From an uncultured Christensenella sp. (lineage in GTDB: Bacteria; Bacillota; Clostridia; Christensenellales; UBA3700): a stretch of DNA of 64,000 nt. The stretch covers positions 96,223-160,222 of the forward strand of contig CASEHD010000009.1 of assembly GCA_949287655.1 (NCBI GenBank), in the 5' to 3' direction. Shown here in pieces: positions 57,301 to 63,700 of this stretch. The notes below the pieces were generated by a model. That model saw only the letters and a list, made by a program, of their open reading frames with translations, had not been told where the DNA came from and ran no database searches. The translations under genes and the position numbers were made by a program. Position 1 is the stretch's first letter, and each line of letters opens with the position of its first letter.

Positions 57301-58723
57301 TTTCGGGCACAGGCACGTCGTCTGTGAACAGACCTATCAGCTTTGCGACGTCCAGTCCGTTTTCGGGCGCGTCCAGCGTAAGGTCGATATCAAACGCGAG
57401 GTTTGTAAAGGAAAATTCGCGCGAATTGCCTTCAAGGTCTGTCGGCATATCAATATATATCGGATAGTCGTAGTATCCGATCTTCGTGCTCTTCCAGTTG
57501 AGCAGCTCGTCTCCCTCCGACCCTGCCGCATTGTCGCTGACGCTGGTCGTAATGCCTGTGATCACCCCGTTTTCGCAGTCTGCCTGCAAGTACATCCTGA
57601 CCTGCGGCACGGCGGAATTCAGCCAGTTGAACAGCGAGCTGAGATCAAGATCTATGCCGATGAGATCCCCCAGGTCGAACATGTCGAGCAGGCTCTTTAA
57701 ACCGGTTATCATACTGTTGACCTTGACTTCGAAAAGCAGGCTTTCGCCGACCAGCTCTCCTGTCGAGACCCTTACCGTCTTCGTATACAGAGGGGTGTTG
57801 AATATGAGTCCTATCAGGGTGCCGTATATGTCGATATTCCCCGCGAGCCCGTTGAGCAGCTCTTCGATGTCTATCTCCGCTCCCGCCTCTGCAAGAATCG
57901 CGGCAAGATATTCCGCCTTAAGATCGCTGAGGTGCACGTACGCCTCGCCGTCGCCGAAATCGAGATAGACCTCTCCGTTCACCGCATAGATCGCAAAAGC
58001 GACGCTCTCGTCGTCCTGCATGGATATCCTGAACATCATCTGCGTGCTCTTGCCCTCATCGAGGTTGATCTGCAGCTGTACGCGAGCGGCGCCGTTTGTC
58101 GTCGTCAGCAGGCTGTCGTAATCTATCGCCACGCCGTTCATTGAATCGAAGTAACCCATGAGCTTTTCGATCGCGCTCTTTGCCGTGAGATCATACCCCG
58201 TCGTCTGTTCGTATTCTGCCGTGCCCGCGTCCGCAGTCCACTTGGCGTACAGAGTCGCGTCCTTTGTCGGCGTGTACGGGAAAGTCACCTGCGCGCCCGT
58301 AAGCCTGGGGCTGGTGTACCAACCGGCGAATACGAAACCGTCGCGGTAGGTGCGCGGCGAAGTTTCGATCACGTCGGTGACCGCGTCCTCTATCTCGCTG
58401 CCGCCGTTCACGGCGAAACTCACGGTATAGAGTCTGGTCCATTTTGAATACAGCGTGACGTCAGACGTCAACGTCATCGGGAAAGCAGCCTCTGCGGTAA
58501 ACTCGGGATCGAGATACCAGCCTTCGAAACGGTACCCGCTCCGTTCGGGAGCTTCGGGCGCCGTCGCCACTATCGTCTGATCGCTTATCGCAGTCGCGGT
58601 CTCGTCGCCGTTATCGAGAGTTAGCGTAAAAGACGCCACCTTCTCGTCACAAGCGGCAAAGACAAAGACCAGCGACAACACTAACGCGAGCAGCGCGGCA
58701 GTCAGCATTACCTTCTTTCTCAT
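51392..58723 (-). CDS. 2,443-aa giant lipoprotein: two InlB B-repeats, ~1,500-aa uncharacterised core, C-terminal Ig-like repeats
   Basis: AAGGAGG RBS and a signal peptide plus lipobox VFAAC. Two Flg_new/InlB B-repeats cover residues about 31-163 (RSGYRFEGWYLDPEFT...LYSKW; YTVSFAVNGGSEI...DGFVFAGWYTSP...LYAKW). The C-terminal third has repeated modules with W-centred motifs (IDVESWSVDAEVL, LPIRWTDRNGYA, VTVTGWNLSGVDF). The ATGA overlap links it to the next gene. Confidence 0.8.
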   Translation of the reverse strand: MRKKVMLTAALLALVLSLVFVFAACDEKVASFTLTLDNGDETATAISDQTIVATAPEAPERSGYRFEGWYLDPEFTAEAAFPMTLTSDVTLYSKWTRLYTVSFAVNGGSEIEDAVTDVIETSPRTYRDGFVFAGWYTSPRLTGAQVTFPYTPTKDATLYAKWTADAGTAEYEQTTGYDLTAKSAIEKLMGYFDSMNGVAIDYDSLLTTTNGAARVQLQINLDEGKSTQMMFRISMQDDESVAFAIYAVNGEVYLDFGDGEAYVHLSDLKAEYLAAILAEAGAEIDIEELLNGLAGNIDIYGTLIGLIFNTPLYTKTVRVSTGELVGESLLFEVKVNSMITGLKSLLDMFDLGDLIGIDLDLSSLFNWLNSAVPQVRMYLQADCENGVITGITTSVSDNAAGSEGDELLNWKSTKIGYYDYPIYIDMPTDLEGNSREFSFTNLAFDIDLTLDAPENGLDVAKLIGLFTDDVPVPENTLIIEGEFGFRLSARVDLDLNYAGSSADNNLIALDLYVLGADGQPTGDTPALGIYYRDGAFYISLSDLIPDYWNAKNIKIEASLDALIGDLVNLVTKAIDEALGTDFDEAKALSLSSGNMLEATLSDDGGEVKAIINPTISGLISAVVGVIGLQENVYVDEEGDSLIVEVDQKFFDVINGFLGEENKITLPAGLSNMSLSVNFAEYGLNDIVATVDLGDENDPLNATLRAHDFRVGFLEGTLQDLSDYIAERTDGDYTSNLGDLIYSALAGVEVNANGTLGVEAAEYAIGKLLAGFGIDTGGDNPTLGLSANNADGDRYEVGIDLLAAFSIDREKPENSTLALELKKTGGDIIIGVYGYYENGVPTVLLDLSGIKTQYLTLPVYKFEFDFANIVLDLIGGIKINGENLTDLDLAFDLSGLIGGSSEAESLIMTESDGTAGGTELTEAGAVLVGLSADKITASVTFAALIKLLEELNVDTGISADVLDLTADVSLGTKGVTLDLSGTLPKKTVYGDGGAALPTEYGDYSLSLETGTESYPISIGSTVNLAAAVARGKEKAADAEESLYDVVFDLANSMQAGMTLQIANEKDTIDIASMLNNILAKEGSYIGFPINLVLDKNDAKLYLDLKWDIHLDSPYDTKIYLELRYEQKKILSLGIQEGDLFVDLEGMGLFEFKVENSELATSLFTMLDEKVGILRDTDLGALLTDLITGAGKTAETGDGGAASDETTTGDGTDTKAILAAVLGDISIYDGVIKANIAASTFDTIFTALLGTTLGVNIEVKEGEIDIDGGTIKLPVSVNDTFNLTAELALKPAESFTVTSDSGKVLDATDGEAMTRSLLKCLNMDFNLDILNNSVESGGNSYLRVRIKNVVEGESNFTLDGTSDSVAAETLVISLYLISSEDRFNNTTTNYADDALLHITLDYSDDALGADGTGKNMKIILVPGKFTVNVLFTIDLASIVGSMLEFQMDIVGTLSGAMQSIIDSLVFTEDGVEVEVPEIAAAEDETTAEEGGLKIETDIFDNLDINALLSGGIDISMRSTGTLNVNINFDSYTFNKLIDDLMGNLVFGAESQIDLSKLAPDMFGAHYLKYVNWDRTNYNAFWSTLSNELKQIVKTLIENKVDGVGGIVAGALDGAIGDLLNGIVYDIVKAILPLPVYNEVNAGLNLVDGTLTNIYIQGYDYNQAVTNADGEVLEYHGKYCVSTETNIVSNDQVYNANQRSNTYKTEINLYDCFSSVGDPDNTVDGSGTAGVVNWGNMQFDMFFEPLAYENDAVTSDYEFIENYFTDKIAVYQQGTTVMKAEVSFYMWNEDAQSYGDKIVLGTTSLGLLNYANNDNFEETVLKGKAVATFPNGVTREREFTITVYPNLEPALIDTVSLHAYDSAPSSITVYFKNMTSRRVEMSAIKNLTMPSPTIDGGTYQAAVTFRNGAEAALDVEYLDSTITALGSDGESGVYELDLYAFDSALDIMSQLPAQLFFSYPDGMYGAIDVESWSVDAEVLQTFAQRTENDLSGMEFTAVATVGKGNLEQTLELTVRIKNKEVTSLTIDGKEDTVVVNPYDYYLYALTATEGSTFSPWPTNVDANYVYDGKEWSEEVKVKFATEFDFTTMTYNTSGTCGATATLAGSEYFTWTKTVSIDVQSNVIEGVYFDRALRRNTISIDALAFNNMTAEEKAALFPTTAWVRFTNGYVLALPIRWTDRNGYALNFETLTFDASNYDVTVYAEIGYSDDAALNAAFYQRQAMTVKIGGSLEYVGGGVTVDPYGEGGAAQFPTEITVGSGNTSFNVTVTGWNLSGVDFSATGGEYLAAASFVYNGKTYSVIVPVTVTAKKLTGFSGITGEYYAAYDETAGTVTVEINGVSYEAVSAPTATATLTAVFEGGETASLEAALDFSALTPGEETVYYDGSLGTTAQEQGATAFTVKISVTDAAGKVQSVEVTVYMSKVNEIQPEEPEPDVPSGEDTPADGE

Positions 58724-59371
58724 TTTCCGTCCTCCTTTTTCGCATTTAATCGCATTAAATTATTTAAATAAAAAGATTAAAAGCAACTTAAAATACCGGA
58801 AGTAAAGATATGGAAAAAGCTGTTATAGGTAAAAAACGTGCAGAAAACGCATTTGCGGTAAAATTCCCGTATATTTCCGATTTTTTGATAATTATACTTG
58901 AAAACGCCGTTTTTTGCCGTAATAACCGCGCTTTGGCGCAAAATATCCTCGCCGCCGCAGACGCGCGAAAAAAGTCGCGCGACTATACTGCTCAGGTAAA
59001 AAACATATAAAACATTTTTTCTGTTTTTTACATATAATCTTATTAATACTAAGTAATATACAATAAAAATCAAAATTAGTATTATTATACGAAAACCGGT
59101 AATTTTAAGAAAAACCCGCTTTTCGGACGCGGCTTTCGTAGTTTTGCGGCATACGTTATTTTTTTAACATTATACAATATCCGAGGCTGAAAATCAGGTT
59201 GCTTTTTGTCTGAAAATTGATTTTTTCACCTGATATCTCATATAATCGCGCCTTTCTCTGCTTACGACGAAAAGACGGAACGGCGCGGTTTTAAACTCTT
59301 TGCGGTATTTTTTGTCCTCAGTCTTTGCCCTTTTTCGGAACCGACGGAGCGCGGCGCGCATACACTGAAAT

Positions 59372-59800
59372 ATGACGGACCGGGAATTGCTGGCAAGGCT
59401 TATCCAATGTGAAGCCGGAGGCGAAGGAGACGCGGGTATGCGCGCGGTCGCGACCGTTGTCATGAACAGGGTCGAAACACTGCAGGGCGAATACGGCCGC
59501 TACCCGACCCTGCGCGACGTGATATTCGCGCCCTATCAGTTCGACTGCGCAATGACGGCGATAGACGGAGTGCAAAACGTACAAAATCTGTACAACATGA
59601 ACCCGACCGACCAGCATTACGGTATCGCCGACTGGGCGATCGGCGGCGGAAAGCTGGGCGCGGTGGGAAACTCTCTGTGGTTTTACAACCCGTTTCCCGC
59701 AGCCTGCCGACAGTCCTTCCCCAACGCATCGGGTGCTTTCGCTACTCGGATAGGAGACCACTGTTTTTACTATCCCACCCGGGCGTATTATTCGACGTAA
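59372..59800 (+). CDS. cwlJ: SleB/CwlJ-family spore cortex-lytic cell wall hydrolase
   Basis: LLARLIQCEAGGEGDAGMRAVATVVMNRV...PYQFDC...FYNP is the Hydrolase_2 (SleB/CwlJ) core. The 142-aa catalytic-domain-only form, followed by a gerQ-like gene, favours CwlJ. Confidence 0.75.
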   Translation: MTDRELLARLIQCEAGGEGDAGMRAVATVVMNRVETLQGEYGRYPTLRDVIFAPYQFDCAMTAIDGVQNVQNLYNMNPTDQHYGIADWAIGGGKLGAVGNSLWFYNPFPAACRQSFPNASGAFATRIGDHCFYYPTRAYYST

Positions 59801-59867
59801 TATAAGAATATAAAAGGTAATAACGCGTGTAACCTACACGGGCACGTAAAAATCAATAGGAGACGAT

Positions 59868-60134
59868 ATGCCTGACTTTAAACCCGAGACCCCCGAAGAT
59901 TTCAACGAAAATCCTTACATAGGGTCGATACAACAAGTGCTGTCAATGAATAAAGGCGAAGCGGTGATATGCGAATTTCTGGTCGGAGCGTCCAACCTCG
60001 TGACTAAATCCGGCATACTTTACGCGGTCGCTGACAAATACCTGGTGCTCTTCCACCCCAACAGCGGCACGTACACGGTATGCGACATCTATTCAGTCAA
60101 ATTCGTCACGTTCGTCAACCGCAGGACAAATTAA
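59868..60134 (+). CDS. gerQ: GerQ-like spore coat protein (C-terminal domain only)
   Basis: It aligns by eye to the B. subtilis GerQ C-terminal region. YIGSIQQVLSMNKGE matches SYIENILRLNRGK. GILYAVADKYLVLFHPNSGTYTVCDIYSVKFVTF matches GVIEAAGRDHIIISDPQSGTRYLLLTIYLDYITF. RBS AGGAGA. Confidence 0.65.
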   Translation: MPDFKPETPEDFNENPYIGSIQQVLSMNKGEAVICEFLVGASNLVTKSGILYAVADKYLVLFHPNSGTYTVCDIYSVKFVTFVNRRTN

Positions 60135-60215
60135 GAGTATTGACGGCGTTTAAAACGCTTACATCGGATTTTGCAACGCCCGGATATACTCGTTTTACCT
60201 TGTTATAAAAGATAT

Positions 60216-60235
60216 GCGACCCCGACCGGGATCGC
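60216..60235. terminator. Hairpin between the convergent gerQ-like gene and the small lipoprotein gene
   Basis: GCGACCCC-GACC-GGGATCGC has one mismatch, with an A/T-rich flank upstream (TTATAAAAGATAT) and ACGTCGTTTT downstream. A further AT-rich palindrome GAATAAACGTTTATTC lies at 60258-60273. Confidence 0.35.
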
Positions 60236-60278
60236 ACGTCGTTTTACACGTTGACCGCGAATAAACGTTTATTCCGTT

Positions 60279-60755
60279 TTACGCCAGCGTGATCTTTATC
60301 TTGTAACCGTTTTCGTCGGTATAGGTTATCACGTACGACGCGACCTCTTTTGCCAGTGTATCGGCTTCGAGGACGACCGTCGCGCCGTCAAGCCCGAGTG
60401 AGCCGGTATTCTGCAGCTCTGCACTCAGCGAGACCTTGCCGCTCGACTCGTCCTTTTCGCAAACGTACCCCTCTTTAAGATTGTCGACGGTAAACGCGTA
60501 CGCCTCTCCTTTCGCGCCGACCACGTTCTCGAATTTTACGCCCAGACCGTAAAGGTCGGTCGTCTTGCCGTTGTCGTAGACATAGAACGTGCCGCCGTTA
60601 TCCGACACCTCGACTTTGAGATAATCTTTGCCCGCAGCGAGCTTAAACGCGTCGTTTATCTGCCGATCCTCTTTCGTTACGCAAGCCGAGGCGCACAGCG
60701 CGACCGTTAACGCTATTGCGACGATCGCCGCGATGATGAGTTTACTTTTTTTCAT
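60279..60755 (-). CDS. Small lipoprotein (158 aa), paralog of 45485-45970
   Basis: Signal peptide with Cys-containing lipobox region ALCASAC. It has the same overlapping junction with the upstream repeat protein (…NEKK-stop overlapping ATGAAAAAAAGTAAA) and the same C-terminal ending. Confidence 0.75.
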   Translation of the reverse strand: MKKSKLIIAAIVAIALTVALCASACVTKEDRQINDAFKLAAGKDYLKVEVSDNGGTFYVYDNGKTTDLYGLGVKFENVVGAKGEAYAFTVDNLKEGYVCEKDESSGKVSLSAELQNTGSLGLDGATVVLEADTLAKEVASYVITYTDENGYKIKITLA

Positions 60756-63700
60756 TTTTCCTTCCTCCCTTGCCTTTTTTGACTATGAAACCTATCGCTG
60801 CCGCTACGGAAATACCGCCTGCGGCGAGCGCGATCGCGGTCGTTACAGCCCCGTAACCTCTGAGCGCGCCGCCGGCTTTAAGCGCCTTTTCAACCGCACC
60901 GACAGCGCCGTTGACCAGTTCTTCTCTCCGCGCGGTAAGGCTTTCTAGCACACCGTCAAAATCATCGCTCTGACCTGCCGCCGACTTTGCCAGCTCTTCG
61001 AGCATCTCAACGTCCGCCGCGTCTGCCAGCGTGATGTCGCCGTCAAAACGCTCGTCGACGTACCGCATAAGCGCCGCCTTAGTGATGTTGCCCTGTACCT
61101 TTATCTCCGCGCTCGCGTTGTAATTTCCGCTTTCGGCGTACCTCACGTAATAAGTGTAAGTCGCTTTGAGTTCCACGTCTATCGCTCCGTCAAGCGTCTT
61201 CCAGACGTTGCCGTCCTCAGAATACTCGACGACCGCCGTCTCGTCCGCAGCGATTATCTCGACCTTCAGGTAGTCGACGTTTATATCCGCCGCCGCCGTC
61301 TTATCCGCTTTTCTTACGGTATAGTAACAGCTTACCGGCTCCGCGCGGTAGTTCTTTTCTTCTATCGTCGCGGTGATCTTATACGTGCCGGCATTGAGAA
61401 CGGTATCTCCTGCCGTTACTTTGACCGCGATGCCGTCGGTCGCTGAAAAATGTTCGGCGAGTTGCGCCAAAGTGACCTCTAAGCCGTCGTAAACCTTTTC
61501 TCTGCTGCCTATCGTGACGATCTCGACCTCTTTTTTCTCAACGTTCATCGCCTTGCAGTATTCCGTGCCTTCCTCGAACCTGTAATTCTTCGTATCGGGA
61601 AGTGTCGCGACGACCTCGTAAACGCCCGCGTCGACAGGCGCGCCCTGCAATACTGTGCCGTCGGTAAGTTCGTACGCTATATTCATCGTCGCGCCGCCGA
61701 GAAGCTCGCCCTTAGTCAGCGTGAACGTAGCGACTTTCGCTACTCCGTCGTAAACGAGGTTTTCGGGAAGAGTTATGTATCCCGACAACGTGACGGGCGT
61801 TATCTCCCAGGAAAGCATCCTGTCTTCCGCTAAGCCGTCAGCCCACTCATAGTTGACCTTATCCGTAAGCGATACTACAGCGTTATATTTTCCTACGTTG
61901 ATCTTTTCGCTTCCATCGACGATAATATAACGCGGATCTTCCGCTACGGTCACCGTGTGCGGCTGTGCGGTATATTCGAATTCGGTCTGTTCGAGAGCGG
62001 GTATTTCTACCTTTATCTTAGCGACCGATACCGCTATCTCGACCGACATATTGCCGTATTTAACGGTCACTTTAGTCGTAGCCGCGGTAAGTTTTCCGTC
62101 AGCAGTAGCGTTTTCAACAACTATCTCGCATTCGTCTATCGCTACTGCCTGCTCATGTACTCCGTCAAACGTAGCCATGAGTTCGATCCCTGTCGGATCG
62201 AAAGCTTCAAACGCGTTATATTCAGTCTTATCGGGTCCTTTCGTCATCTTAAACGCGGTAAGTACTTCGTCTCCTACGGTCAACGTAAGGCTTCCCGTAG
62301 CGCCCGTATAGTTCAGCGTATCTTCGGGATCGTAAGTCCAGTTAACAACGTTTTCGCCCTTTTCAAGCGCAAATTCGGTATCGTCCCAGCTTACCGTACC
62401 CGGAGTGCTTCCCTCTTCGAGGTAAATGCCGACCGTGGACAGCTTATCGCCTTCCTGGAGCAGTTTATCCTGTACTTTGACGTTGACTACCGGGGTAGCC
62501 TGCGTAACGGTGAACGTTACTTCTGCCGTCGCCGCTGTATAATTGATATCGTTTATTTCAGCCGTTACGGTATAAACTCCCGCATCGAGCACTTTTCCGC
62601 CGTTATTCACGGATACCGCGATATCCACTTTGCCGCCGCCTATCTTATCGGGAGCGTTAAACAGCGCCTTGAGTTCTTCTTCCGTCAGAGCAACGCCGTT
62701 GTAGACCTTGGTTTTCGCCGCTTCGCTTATCTCTATCGTAACGCCGTACGGAGCAATCCGCCCACTTGTAGTTGTTGCTGACGAGTGTGAACGTAGCGGT
62801 ATATCCGTCCACGGACACGTTTGCAGCCGCGTATACGCCGCCGAGAGTGTATCTCGCGTCTTCGTCAAACGCGATCTGTTCTTCGCCGTTATACGTAAGC
62901 GATTTCGCAACGGGAGTTACGACGCTCGCCCTTGCGACTGACATCTCGTAGCTCACGTCGGCGGCAACGGTGTAATTGCCGTCTGCAGATCTGAAGGTCA
63001 CGGTATAAGTTCCTGCGTTTACGGGAGCGTTCTCTTCGCCGTCGTACAGAGAAACGAGTTCTACGTCCTCGCCTTTTACGCCTCTGCCCGTCGCGGTCAC
63101 CTTGTTGGACGTGCCGCTGTAAGTAAAGCTGAGTCCGCCGCTCACCGTAACGTCGTTTGCCGCAAGTTCCTTCTTCTCGATCGTCATCGTCTTGCTTATG
63201 CCCTCGACGATGTTTGTCTTTGTGTTTTTGTAAATATATACGGTATATTCGCCTGCGTTTACCGCCTCGTCGATGTAACTGATGCCGTTGTGATATACGA
63301 TGCCGTAGCCGTTGCCGTCTGTTACCTCGTAATCGAGCTCTGCGACGTAAGCGTTGCCGTTGTAAACGAGCGTGCCTTCAGGGATCACGATGCTGTCCGC
63401 GGTCATGCCGTCGGGAGCCGTAGCCGTCTGAGGAGTTATCTTTACCTGCACGGTACCTGCATTGTAGTATCCTGCCTGAGCGCCTTTGAGCGTAAACTCT
63501 ACGTCGTAAGTGCCCGCCTCGATCGGAGAAATCGCAACGCCGTTCTGTCTGTAAGTGCTGCTATCTATCTGAACGTCGTCCTCACCTACCTTGCCGCCCG
63601 TGATATCGAATTCAAACGCAATGACTTTGCCCGTATATTCTATCTCCGCGGTTTTTGCGCCTATCGTAAGCGTTGCTTTGTTTATAATAAGTTTCGCTTC

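Noticed and set aside
45960-58723. Sortase (LPXTG) or S-layer (SLH) anchoring of the giant proteins
   Set aside because: I scanned both C-termini and found no LPXTG-like motif before the hydrophobic tail, and no SLH or choline-binding repeats. The anchoring signals actually present are lipoboxes and TM segments.
10646-59846. Reading the ACACGGGCACG motif as a sigma-54 promoter (-24 GGCACG)
   Set aside because: The -24-like GGCACG is present, but none of the five copies has the obligatory TTGC(W) -12 element at the correct 4-5 nt spacing. One copy also lies inside a minus-strand operon gap.
62657-62910. Treating ORFs 62657-63940 and 60742-62910 as two separate overlapping genes
   Set aside because: The first ~50 aa of the downstream ORF and the last ~35 aa of the upstream ORF are non-family junk. 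Family sequence continues across a single frame change, so a frameshifted single gene is the simpler reading.
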